From Candidatus Binatia bacterium (GTDB lineage: Bacteria; Desulfobacterota; Binatia; HRBIN30; BPIQ01): a stretch of DNA of 64,000 bases. Numbering within the stretch: the stretch's first letter is position 1; every line of letters starts with the position of its first letter. The stretch spans positions 1,290,311-1,354,310 of the forward strand of contig BPIQ01000001.1 of the NCBI GenBank assembly GCA_026004195.1, in the 5' to 3' direction. The position numbers and the translations under genes were made by a program. Below, in pieces: positions 16,957 to 25,463 of this stretch. The notes under the pieces were generated by a model. It saw only the letters and a list, made by a program, of their open reading frames with translations. It was not told the origin of the DNA and ran no database searches.

Positions 16957-18369
16957 TCAGGAGTCTTCGTCCTCGCTCTTCTCGCGCCGTCTTCTGGCCT
17001 CCACCCAGCCTTGACGGTGTTTTTCCGTCTTGGGGTTGTAGACCAGAGCGCCGGGGGGGACGTCGTGCCGCACGGTGGTCCCGGTCGCGACGTAGGCGTC
17101 GTCCCCCACGGAAACCGGGGCGACGAGCTGGGAATCGCTCCCGATCATGACCCGGCTTCCGATCCTGGTGCGGTGCTTGCGGAATCCGTCGTAGTTACAG
17201 GTGATCGTTCCGGCCCCGACGTTCGTGTCCTCCCCGATTTCGGAATCACCGAGGTACGCGAGGTGTCTCGCCTTGGAACGACGGCCCAAGCGAGTCTTCT
17301 TCGTTTCTACGAAGTTGCCCACGATGGCTCCCTCTTCCAGGACGGAGCCTGCACGCACGTGGGCGAAAGGCCCGACCTCGCACGAAGCTCCGATTTCCGA
17401 GTCGACGACCACGACCCCGAATCGGAGACGGACGTCGTCTCCGACCGACGCGTTCTCGAGATAGGCGGTGCCGTCGATGCGACAACGGGCGCCCACGGTC
17501 GTCTTGCCGCGAAGCTGTACGTTGGGCCCGACCGTCGTATCGGGACCGATCGTCACGTCGGCCTCCACGTAGGCCGTGCGGGGGTCGAGGAACGTGACTC
17601 CGCGATCCATCCAAGAGCGAACGATCCGCTCGCGAAGGTGTTCTTCCATTTTCGCCAACTCCTCTCGTGTGTTCACCTGCGCCACCTCCTCCGGAGCCGC
17701 CGGCACTGCGACGACACGCAAGCCGCGTTCCGCGGCGGCGCCGACCAGGTCCGTGAGATAGAGTTCCCCCTGGACGTTGTCGGGGCGAAGGTCGACGAGC
17801 GCCGTACGCAAGAACTCGCAGCGGGCACAGTACACGCCCACGTTGACTTCCCGGATCCGGCGCTGGGCCTCGGTCGCGTCCTTCTCCTCCACCACCCTCA
17901 GCACCGCCCCTCCGTCCCGTACGATCCGACCGTAACCCGAGGGATCGTCGAGCTCGGCCGTCAAAACCGTGAGAACGGCTTCCTCCGCCAAGTGCCGCTC
18001 CAGAAGACGCCGCAACGTGGAGCCGGAAAGGAGGGGGAGGTCGCCGTTGAGGACGAGAACCTCGCCCTCGAATCCCTCGAGAGCACGGATCCCGCAGAGC
18101 GCGGCGTGTCCCGTGCCCCTCGGCTCCTCCTGGACGGCGAATCCCACGGGGAGCTCCGACCATGCCTCGGCGACCTCGACGACCTGCTCGGCGTGCCACC
18201 CTACCACGACGATCGCCCGGTCGATCCCGAGTCCCCGAAGGGCGGAGAGGGGGTAGGCGAGAAGCGGCCGCCCGCAGAGAGAGTGGACTGCCTTGGGGCG
18301 GGCCGACCGCATCCTCGTACTCTTCCCCGCCGCGAGCAGCAGGGCGGCAATCGGTCGGGACGGCGACAT
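16957..18369 (-). CDS. glmU: Bifunctional UDP-GlcNAc pyrophosphorylase / GlcN-1-P acetyltransferase GlmU
   Basis: N-terminus 'LLAAGKSTRMRSARPKAVHSLCGRP' nucleotidyltransferase signature. C-terminal left-handed beta-helix hexapeptide repeats ('NYDGFRKHRTRIG…'). Confidence 0.9.
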   Translation of the reverse strand: MSPSRPIAALLLAAGKSTRMRSARPKAVHSLCGRPLLAYPLSALRGLGIDRAIVVVGWHAEQVVEVAEAWSELPVGFAVQEEPRGTGHAALCGIRALEGFEGEVLVLNGDLPLLSGSTLRRLLERHLAEEAVLTVLTAELDDPSGYGRIVRDGGAVLRVVEEKDATEAQRRIREVNVGVYCARCEFLRTALVDLRPDNVQGELYLTDLVGAAAERGLRVVAVPAAPEEVAQVNTREELAKMEEHLRERIVRSWMDRGVTFLDPRTAYVEADVTIGPDTTVGPNVQLRGKTTVGARCRIDGTAYLENASVGDDVRLRFGVVVVDSEIGASCEVGPFAHVRAGSVLEEGAIVGNFVETKKTRLGRRSKARHLAYLGDSEIGEDTNVGAGTITCNYDGFRKHRTRIGSRVMIGSDSQLVAPVSVGDDAYVATGTTVRHDVPPGALVYNPKTEKHRQGWVEARRRREKSEDEDS

Positions 18370-18427
18370 GGAATGCTCCGGAGCGCCCGTTGCTTACTGT
18401 GCGGCGGAGCCGGCCGCAAGCTCGGCG

Positions 18428-19618
18428 TCAGCCGTATGCGCGGCTCGCGAACCAGAAAGCACCGAGTCCCCCGACCAGGCCACAGCCGACGGCGCGCGCC
18501 ACACGGGCGACTCCGCCCTCGCCGAAGACGAGCCCGCGGAGGCAGGGCCATACGAGCAGAACCACCCCGAGCTGCCCCGCTTCCACGCCGAGGTTGAACG
18601 CGAAGAGGGCACGAAGAAATTCGGAGGGGGCGAGGTCCGCTTCCGCGAGCACGGCGCCGAAACCGAACCCGTGGACGAGACCGAAGAGAGCTGCCACCAC
18701 CCAGCGGGCGTCGCGGAGCCCGGACGAACGTGCCATCCCTTCGAAGTAGCAGAACGTGAAGAGCGCGAGACCCACGAGACTCGCGGCCGGGATGTGACCC
18801 AGGCCGACCAGACCCGGAACCGACGCACTTCCGACGGCGAGGGTCGCGCCCAGCGAAAACGCTCTCGGCCGTCCCGAGAAAACCCAGGCGTTTTCCGCCG
18901 ACACGAGGACGACGGAAAACCCGATGAGTGCCTCGACCGCCCGGGATTCCGGGCGTACCCAGCCGAGAGCGGCAAGGGCCAGCGTCGCACTGTGGCCGAG
19001 GGTGAATCCCGTGACCGTTTTTGCGACCTGCGAGAGGGTCTGCGGGATCAAGAGGAGCGCCAGGAGGAAAGCGAGGTGATCGTAGCCCCGCAGAATGTGC
19101 TCGAGCCCGAAAGTCAGGTAACGGAGGAAAGACGGTTTTTCCGGACGGCTCTCGCCGTTTCCGATCTTCCACTCCCTCGAATCGCCGGTGAAGACATGTT
19201 CTTCGCGACGCCCGTCCCGCACGACCCGGGCGAAGTGCAAGTGCGCCGAGGCCACCCCCGCGAAGAGGAGGCATCGCAGTCCCAGGGGACCCGGGCTCTC
19301 GCAACGGAGCTCCCACTCGTAGGCGAGCCGGTTCGCGTCGGAAGGCACGAGCCGCGGCTCCCCGACCGCTCGACAGGGTCTTCCGCCTGCTCGTAGCTCC
19401 AGGGCCGAGCGAAGGTACCGGCCCGCCTCGTCCCGCCCCGCTTCGGATTCGAGGTCGGAGAACCCGCCCAACCGGGCCAGGTCGAGCTTCGTCACGCGGG
19501 CCGTCACCCGGACGCGCTCGCCCTCGAGGCTCCAGAAAGAATAGGAGACGCTTTTCTGGTGTGCGGCGGCGTCACCGGTCCGGAGTACGATGGACAGGAG
19601 AACGAGAAGAAACGTCAT
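18428..19618 (-). CDS. HupE/UreJ-family-like membrane protein (putative Ni/Co transporter) with about 190-aa N-terminal periplasmic extension
   Basis: Signal peptide. C-terminal half has 6 TM helices with His-Gly-rich motifs 'TLGHSATLALAALGW' and 'GLVHGFGFGAVLAE' as in HupE/UreJ. ATG 19618 overlaps the upstream stop by 4 nt. Confidence 0.5.
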   Translation of the reverse strand: MTFLLVLLSIVLRTGDAAAHQKSVSYSFWSLEGERVRVTARVTKLDLARLGGFSDLESEAGRDEAGRYLRSALELRAGGRPCRAVGEPRLVPSDANRLAYEWELRCESPGPLGLRCLLFAGVASAHLHFARVVRDGRREEHVFTGDSREWKIGNGESRPEKPSFLRYLTFGLEHILRGYDHLAFLLALLLIPQTLSQVAKTVTGFTLGHSATLALAALGWVRPESRAVEALIGFSVVLVSAENAWVFSGRPRAFSLGATLAVGSASVPGLVGLGHIPAASLVGLALFTFCYFEGMARSSGLRDARWVVAALFGLVHGFGFGAVLAEADLAPSEFLRALFAFNLGVEAGQLGVVLLVWPCLRGLVFGEGGVARVARAVGCGLVGGLGAFWFASRAYG

Positions 19619-20502
19619 CGGAACTCCGCGCGGAGCCGAATCCGCGCCCGCTCCCGAAGCCAGCTCAGGTAGTCCCGGAAAGCCCGTTCTCCGGCCTTGC
19701 GCCGGTAGAGAGCCAGGACGTGGTCCCGCACCTCCTCGAACCTCGGCGGAGCCGAGGGAACCCGGGCGAGAAGCTGGACGACATGGTACCCCATGGACGA
19801 CCGGACCGGCCCGCCCACCTCGCCGACCCGGAGTCCGAGAACCGTACGGGTCGCGGTCGGGCCCAGGTAGTCACGGAGCTTGCCCGGAGGAAGGGGCGCC
19901 TCCGGAAGCGGAACGGTTTCGGGAGACCCCAGATCCCGCCTCACTTCTTCGAAAGGCTCTCCGGCCCGGAGCCGCCGTGCCGCTTCCGAGGCCCGTTCCC
20001 GAGCCCGCGGTTCTTCGTCGGAAGAAGAGACCCGCAGGAAAACTTGCCGGACCGAGAACCGATCCGGGGACGAGAAAAGCTCCCGGTGAGCCTCGAAAAA
20101 GCGGCGCAACTCGTCCTCGCTCGGGACGCGGGTCTCCGCCTCTTCCACCACGGTCCGGATCAGAGCCTGCGTGAGCTCGGCCCGAATTCTCGGGTCGCGG
20201 CGAGCCAGGTCGAGCTCGAGCGCCCGTTGTAGAACGAGTTCCTCCTCGACGAGACGGTCGAGGACACGCCGCCGTTCCGCCTCGTCCACTCCGTCGCGCC
20301 GGTCGCTCGCCAGCGCCTCGACCGTTCGCTCGAAGCTCCCGCGAGAAATCGGGATCCCGTTCACGACCGCGACGGCGTCGGCCGGCAGGGTCTCGTCTTG
20401 CACGAGCCCCCAGGCCGCGAGTCCGACACCGATGCATACCCCCGCGGCCAGCAACAGCACGGGAAAAAAGGAGCCCCTCTCAGCGACCGAACCCGGTCCC
20501 AC
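19615..20502 (-). CDS. Peptidyl-prolyl cis-trans isomerase, parvulin/PpiC-type with SurA-like N-domain and N-terminal membrane anchor
   Basis: Parvulin signature '…RSSMGYHVVQLLARVP'. N-terminal TM 'FFPVLLLAAGVCIGVGLAAWGL'. Start uncertain: GTG 20502 chosen to avoid a long overlap with the upstream gene. Track ORF begins at 20619. Confidence 0.6.
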   Translation of the reverse strand: MGPGSVAERGSFFPVLLLAAGVCIGVGLAAWGLVQDETLPADAVAVVNGIPISRGSFERTVEALASDRRDGVDEAERRRVLDRLVEEELVLQRALELDLARRDPRIRAELTQALIRTVVEEAETRVPSEDELRRFFEAHRELFSSPDRFSVRQVFLRVSSSDEEPRARERASEAARRLRAGEPFEEVRRDLGSPETVPLPEAPLPPGKLRDYLGPTATRTVLGLRVGEVGGPVRSSMGYHVVQLLARVPSAPPRFEEVRDHVLALYRRKAGERAFRDYLSWLRERARIRLRAEFR

Positions 20503-21274
20503 GCACCAACTCCAAGAGCGCGCGGTGGAGCGCTTCGTTCGCCGCCACGAGCCCCGGAAGTTTCGTGTCTTCGCGGTTGAACCGGAGGACACCGCCTTCG
20601 GGGTCGGTGACCCGTCCACCCGCAGCGAGCACGAGCGCCACCCCGCCGCACACGTCCCACTCGTTCTTCGGCGTGAGGCTGAACGTACCGTCTCCGAGAC
20701 CGGCGGAAATCAGGGCCAGCTTGTAGGCGACGCTCCCCGTCAGGACCACGTGCAACTTGTCCTTGAAAGGGTCCCACTCGCCACGTGCTTCCTCGGAACG
20801 ACTGGCCAGGATTCGGGCCCTCCCGAGATCGCGCACGTCGGTCACGCGGCTCGGCTTCCCGTTGTAACGAGCACCTCGCCCCACGACCCCCGTGAACCAT
20901 TCGCCGCGCGCCGGGTTGTGGCAGACCCCGAGCCGAGGCAGACCTCCCTCGACGAGACCGATGCTCACGCAGTACTCGGGAATCCCCTGGACGAATTCCT
21001 TCGTGCCATCCAGCGGGTCGACCACCCAGACCCGCTCCCTCGCGAGGCGGTCCTTCGAATCCGCCGTCTCTTCGGAAAGCCATCCGTCGTCCGGAAAGGC
21101 CTCGGCCAGGATCGAGTGGATCCGCTCGTTGGCCCGCAAGTCCGCATCCGTGACGGGTTGATCTTTCCCCTTCTCGCGAACGGCCAGAGGACGCCCGGCG
21201 TATTCGCTCAGCACCCGTCCGGCTTCCTCGGCGGCGCGGATCGCGACGGCGAGCTCTCGTTCGAGCAGGCTCAC
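20480..21274 (-). CDS. Inositol monophosphatase / CysQ (3'(2'),5'-bisphosphate nucleotidase) family protein
   Basis: Motifs '[12 protein letters not shown]' (DPxDGT) and 'WDVCGG' (WDxxAG-like). Start taken as GTG 21274 immediately after the stop of the upstream DHS-like gene. The track ORF (to 22606) is read-through. Confidence 0.75.
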   Translation of the reverse strand: MSLLERELAVAIRAAEEAGRVLSEYAGRPLAVREKGKDQPVTDADLRANERIHSILAEAFPDDGWLSEETADSKDRLARERVWVVDPLDGTKEFVQGIPEYCVSIGLVEGGLPRLGVCHNPARGEWFTGVVGRGARYNGKPSRVTDVRDLGRARILASRSEEARGEWDPFKDKLHVVLTGSVAYKLALISAGLGDGTFSLTPKNEWDVCGGVALVLAAGGRVTDPEGGVLRFNREDTKLPGLVAANEALHRALLELVRGTGFGR

Positions 21275-22374
21275 GTGCGCTTCCCTAGAACGTTCCGGTA
21301 CTCGGCCTCGAGAGCTTCCACGAACTCCTGCCTGCGATCGTAGAGTCTCTTCGGACGGCGGGGCGGGTGGTTGGCCAGAGCGTAGGCGGTGAAGATCGGC
21401 AGGGCAATGGTAGCGTCGACGTAGCAGACGATCGTCCGTGGTAACGCCTCCGGGTCGATCTTCCCCCAGCTCACCGCCTCTCCGGGCGTGGCGCCCGAGA
21501 GACCACCGGTGTCCGGCCTCGCGTCCGTGAACTGGATGTAGAAATCGTGGCCTTTCTCCTCGATGCCCAGAACCTCCTGGATCTGCGGTTCGGTCTGGAG
21601 GATGAAGTTTTTCGGCGATCCCCCGCCGAACACGATCACGGCGCTTCGCCCGCCGCTTCGCTTGGCCTGCAGAACGATGGCAGCCGTTTCGTTCACGTCC
21701 CGCGAAACGTCGAAGGCGAGCTTGTTGCCCACGAGCGCCAAGGCGGCGGCGTTGAGCCCGATCGAGCTGTCGCCCGGCGAAGAGGTGTAGATGGGGACCC
21801 CGTAGTCGTAGGCGGTCGCCAGGAGGGACTTCCGGCCGATTCCCAGGATCTTCTCGCGCTCGCGCACGTAAGCACCGGCTCGATAGTGGAACTCGGCGGT
21901 CCCCATGGTTCCCTGGAATTCCCTGGCCTCCATCATCTTTCGGTAAAAGGCGTCGGTCTGCAGGAGCACGTCGTAGTCGAAAAAGATGTCGTAGATCCGG
22001 ACCACGTTCTCCCGGCGTAGAGCCACGTCGTCGACGTCGTGCCGTCCCTGGTGCATGGTGAGCCCGATCCCGAAGTGCGTATCGTGGTACAGGTTGGCTC
22101 CCGTGCTGACGATCCAGTCCACGAACCCGTTCTCGATCAGGGGGATGAACGCCGAAATCCCGAGACCCGCCGGCGTGAGCGCACCGGTGATACTCATCCC
22201 CACCGTCACGTCTTCGGCGAGGATCTCCCGTACGAAGAGCTGGCAGGCCTCGCGGAGTCGCGCGGCGTTGTACGCGAGAAACGTACCGTCCACGAGCTCC
22301 GTGAGCGAGGTCGCAGGCGTGATCGGCCGGGGGTCGATCTTGGGCGCTTTCGAAAGCGGACGACGCGTCTCCAT
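21271..22374 (-). CDS. Deoxyhypusine synthase-like protein (DHS family, bacterial homolog)
   Basis: Full-length similarity to the DHS fold. Blocks 'STGANLYHD', '[11 protein letters not shown]' and C-terminal '[12 protein letters not shown]' are characteristic of DHS/homospermidine-synthase-like proteins. Confidence 0.75.
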   Translation of the reverse strand: METRRPLSKAPKIDPRPITPATSLTELVDGTFLAYNAARLREACQLFVREILAEDVTVGMSITGALTPAGLGISAFIPLIENGFVDWIVSTGANLYHDTHFGIGLTMHQGRHDVDDVALRRENVVRIYDIFFDYDVLLQTDAFYRKMMEAREFQGTMGTAEFHYRAGAYVREREKILGIGRKSLLATAYDYGVPIYTSSPGDSSIGLNAAALALVGNKLAFDVSRDVNETAAIVLQAKRSGGRSAVIVFGGGSPKNFILQTEPQIQEVLGIEEKGHDFYIQFTDARPDTGGLSGATPGEAVSWGKIDPEALPRTIVCYVDATIALPIFTAYALANHPPRRPKRLYDRRQEFVEALEAEYRNVLGKRT

Positions 22375-22514
22375 AGGGCTGCCTCCTGTCTTTCTCGGGA
22401 AAGAGGATTTCCGCTACCGCGGTCCAGGGGGAACAAACCCCACTTTCGCGGGCCGTGCAAGGCATGCGGCTTGCGGCAAAGGCCTCTTCGCAGTATGGTC
22501 CCGCGCGCGAGCTT

Positions 22515-23156
22515 ATGGGGTCCGAGTCGTCCGGTTCTTCCGCTCTGTCCCACCGCTTTCGCGCGCGCCGAGAGCGGACCCGCAGCCAACTGCTCGACGC
22601 GGCCAAGAAGGTTCTCTCCCAAAAAGGCTACCACCGGACGCGCGTCCTCGACATCGCTCGCGCCGCGCGTGTGGCCGTCGGTACCGTCTACCTCTACTAC
22701 CCGACGAAAGAAAAGCTCTTTCTCGAGCTCGTCGACGACGTGGTCCAGAAGCTCAGGGAGCGAATCGAGGACGTGCAGGCCCGGGTCCGGGATCCCGTGG
22801 AACTGGTGAAGGCCCGGCACCGGACGTTCTTCCGCTTCGCCAAGGAACATCGAGAGCTTTTCCGGATCGTGTTCGGGACGGACCCGTTTCACGACGTCGT
22901 CCGTCGGGCACAACAGCTTTTCATCGCGGACGTCGCGCACAACCTCGAGGAAGGCATGCGCCTCGGCGTCTTTCGCGCCAAAAACCCCGAATTGCTCGCC
23001 CACGCCATGGTGGGCCTGGCGGTGCAATCCGTGCACTGGTGGGTGGAACAGGAAGTTCCACCCCCGATGGAAGAGGTCTCCGAGGAAATCCTGGACTTCC
23101 TGCTTCTCGGCCTCCAGGGCGTGTCCCCGGAGGAGGCCCGGAAGAACCCGGGATGA
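22515..23156 (+). CDS. TetR/AcrR family transcriptional regulator
   Basis: N-terminal HTH 'TRSQLLDAAKKVLSQKGYHRTRVLDIARAARVAVGTVYLYYPTKEKLF'. About 210 aa. Start set at the second in-frame ATG (22515). Confidence 0.75.
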   Translation: MGSESSGSSALSHRFRARRERTRSQLLDAAKKVLSQKGYHRTRVLDIARAARVAVGTVYLYYPTKEKLFLELVDDVVQKLRERIEDVQARVRDPVELVKARHRTFFRFAKEHRELFRIVFGTDPFHDVVRRAQQLFIADVAHNLEEGMRLGVFRAKNPELLAHAMVGLAVQSVHWWVEQEVPPPMEEVSEEILDFLLLGLQGVSPEEARKNPG

Positions 23157-23980
23157 CGCGATCGGGAGAGCGGACGATGCCATTCGAAACGGTCGAAGGC
23201 CGGAAGATCTTCTACGAACTCACCGACTTCTCGGAACCCTGGCGACCCGGGCGCTCGCCGATCCTTTTCCTGCACGGGCTGGGCGGCTCGCACCGTCTCT
23301 GGCTCTACCAGGTACCCGCGTTCGCCGGTCGGTTTCCGGTGCTCACGCTCGACCTGAGGAACCACGGTGAATCGACGGCCGTCCATGCCGATTTCGGGAT
23401 CGCGGACATGGCACTCGACGTGGCCCGCGTCCTGCGGCGCCTCGGAGTCGAACGAGTTCACGTCGTGGGGCTCTCCCTCGGGGGCATGGTGGCGCTGGAG
23501 CTCGCCCTCGACTTCCCCACGACGGTGGCGAGCCTCGTGCTCGCGGACACGGCCGCCGGCATCCCCGACGAGTGGGCCGAGACCGCGCGCGCCGCCTTGG
23601 AGTTCATCGAACGCTCCTCGATGGAGGAGGTCGCCAGGGAACGAATCACGGCCGCGTTTTCTCGTCGCGTGGATCCCGACCTCCGGGACTACGTCATCGG
23701 GCAGGTCGCGAGCAACGACAAACAGGCGTACCTGCACGCCGCACGTGCCGCCTTCCGGTTCGACGCGAGAGACCGGCTCGGCGAGCTCGCCGTTCCGACC
23801 CTGGTCCTCGTGGGCGAGGAGGACACGGTGACGCCCCCCGTCCTTTCCGAGTTCCTGGCAGGGGCGATCCCGGGAGCCCGACTGGCCCGCCTGGCCGGAT
23901 GCGGTCACATCACGAACCTCGAAGACCCCGGAACTTTCAACCGCACTCTCGGCGAATTCCTCGCCGACGCTCCGCGCTGA
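23153..23980 (+). CDS. Alpha/beta-fold hydrolase
   Basis: Nucleophile elbow 'VVGLSLGG'. 'LFLHGLGGS' oxyanion region. Acid and His in 'LVLVGEEDTV' / 'AGCGHITNLE'. ATGA overlap with the tetR stop. Confidence 0.8.
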   Translation: MTRSGERTMPFETVEGRKIFYELTDFSEPWRPGRSPILFLHGLGGSHRLWLYQVPAFAGRFPVLTLDLRNHGESTAVHADFGIADMALDVARVLRRLGVERVHVVGLSLGGMVALELALDFPTTVASLVLADTAAGIPDEWAETARAALEFIERSSMEEVARERITAAFSRRVDPDLRDYVIGQVASNDKQAYLHAARAAFRFDARDRLGELAVPTLVLVGEEDTVTPPVLSEFLAGAIPGARLARLAGCGHITNLEDPGTFNRTLGEFLADAPR

Positions 23981-23989
23981 GCGAACCCT

Positions 23990-24637
23990 TCAGAAGCGGA
24001 TTCGACTCCTTCGGCTCCGTTCCTGCCGACGCGCCACGGCTCCACCCACGACCCAGCCGAAGACGAGGGCACCGAGAGCGACGCCGAAAAGAGCCGTGGA
24101 CGACCAGCGCCCCGGAGCGAGACCGGGGGTCAGCGGTTCCGAGCTCGAAGGGTCGAGTCGGCTGCGGAGCGCCTCCGTCACGTCCGCGAGTCGTCGGACC
24201 TCGACGCGCAAGGCGTCGAGCTCGTCCTTGGCGCTCGGACGCTCGAGCAAAGCGTCGAGCCTGCCCCGGATCTCTTCGATCCGCGAAGCGAGCTCGTCCG
24301 AACGGGAAGAGTTCTCCGCCGCGGCGGGGGTGGGCTTCCCGGGAGGGACGGCGGCGGCACCGAGCACGGGCCGCCCGTCCCCGTACACCAGGTAGAGGCC
24401 GTGCATGTAGCCTTCCTGCCCTTGCGACGTGCGCACGAGGGCCCATGCGCCCCGGAGCTCCTGCACTTCCACCTTCTCCCCTTGCGGCACGGTGCCGAGG
24501 GCCTGGAACTCCTTCCCCGGCCCCTCCCTCACGTACACCCTCGACGCCCCCTCCACCGTCGCCGGCTCCCCGGCGCGAGCGACGACGGCAAAAACCAGGA
24601 GAGCCAGCAGCATTCCGGTCGGTGCGAAGCAACGCAT
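23990..24637 (-). CDS. SH3b-domain protein with coiled-coil and C-terminal membrane anchor (TIGR04211/YgiM-like)
   Basis: Signal peptide. SH3b block 'RVYVREGPGKEFQALGTVPQGEKVEVQELRGAWALV'. Coiled-coil. C-terminal TM 'LFGVALGALVFGWVVGGAVA'. Start moved to ATG 24637 so it does not run into tRNA-Pro. Confidence 0.6.
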   Translation of the reverse strand: MRCFAPTGMLLALLVFAVVARAGEPATVEGASRVYVREGPGKEFQALGTVPQGEKVEVQELRGAWALVRTSQGQEGYMHGLYLVYGDGRPVLGAAAVPPGKPTPAAAENSSRSDELASRIEEIRGRLDALLERPSAKDELDALRVEVRRLADVTEALRSRLDPSSSEPLTPGLAPGRWSSTALFGVALGALVFGWVVGGAVARRQERSRRSRIRF

Positions 24638-24652
24638 GACAAAACGAAGCAA

Positions 24653-24729
24653 TGGTCGGGGTGACTGGATTTGAACCAGCGACTTCACGGTCCCGAACCG
24701 TGCGCTCTACCAGTCTGAGCTACACCCCG
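24653..24729 (-). tRNA. tRNA-Pro (anticodon CGG), 77 nt including encoded CCA
   Basis: Reverse complement reads CGGGGTGTAGCTCAGACTGGTAGAGCGCACGGTTCGGGACCGTGAAGTCGCTGGTTCAAATCCAGTCACCCCGACCA. It has a 7-bp acceptor stem, a D-arm (GCTCAG…GAGC), an anticodon stem CACGG/CCGTG with loop TTCGGGA, and a T-arm with GTTCAAATC. Confidence 0.85.
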
Positions 24730-25460
24730 ATCGTCGTGCGCGGCCGTCGAAGTGCACCTTTTCCTACCACAGAGTTCGCCTTTTGCAACTCGCGACGGCC
24801 CCGCTTCCATTCCGAGCGGAGCGACTCGACGACGCTCCGGTAGTCGGCGCTCGAGAAGATCTCCGAGCCGCAGACCAGGACGTCCGCCCCGGCACGCCCG
24901 AGGGCACGGGCGTTCCCGACCTTCACGCCGCCGTCCACCTCGATGTCGAACCGCAAACCGCTTTTCTCGCGCAGTTCGCGGAGTCGTTCCACCTTCCGCA
25001 GCGACGACGCGATGAATTCCTGGCCGCCGAAACCGGGATCGACGCTCATCACGAGAACCATGCCGACCTCGTCGAGGACCGACTCGAGGAAAGAAACCGG
25101 GGTTCCCGGGTTGATGGCTACCGCGGGGACGGCGCCGCTCGCCCGGATTTTCTCGAGAACCCTGTGGAGATGACGGCAGGCCTCCTGGTGGACCGAAACG
25201 GAGGTCGCTCCGGCGGAGACGAACGACTCCACGTAGCGCTCGGGCTCCTCGATCATGAGGTGCACGTCGAGGGGCAGCTCCGTGGCTCCGCGGAGTGCGG
25301 ACACCGCCTGGGGTCCCAGGGTGATGTTCGGAACGAAGTGTCCGTCCATCACGTCCACGTGGATCCAGTCGGCGCCAGCACGCTCGGCCGCCCGTGCCTC
25401 CTCGGCGAGCCGACCGAAATCCGCGGCCAGGATCGACGCAGCGACCTTCACCTTCGACAT
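24720..25460 (-). CDS. rpe: Ribulose-phosphate 3-epimerase
   Basis: 'IHVDVMDGHFVPNITLGP', 'DVHLMI' and 'MSVDPGFGGQ' signatures. The C-terminal 28 aa are read-through whose last codons overlap the tRNA 5' end. Confidence 0.85.
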   Translation of the reverse strand: MSKVKVAASILAADFGRLAEEARAAERAGADWIHVDVMDGHFVPNITLGPQAVSALRGATELPLDVHLMIEEPERYVESFVSAGATSVSVHQEACRHLHRVLEKIRASGAVPAVAINPGTPVSFLESVLDEVGMVLVMSVDPGFGGQEFIASSLRKVERLRELREKSGLRFDIEVDGGVKVGNARALGRAGADVLVCGSEIFSSADYRSVVESLRSEWKRGRRELQKANSVVGKGALRRPRTTIGV

Positions 25461-25463
25461 GGT

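Noticed and set aside
20480-22606. 708-aa single ORF spanning the IMPase-like and DHS-like genes.
   Set aside because: The frame is read-through of the upstream gene in a stop-poor GC-rich frame. The IMPase motifs start at GTG 21274 directly after the DHS-like stop in another frame.
24652-24843. Track ORF 'MVGVTGFEPATSRSRTV…' (plus strand).
   Set aside because: 'GFEPAT' is the classic translation artefact of a tRNA T-arm. The region is tRNA-Pro on the minus strand.
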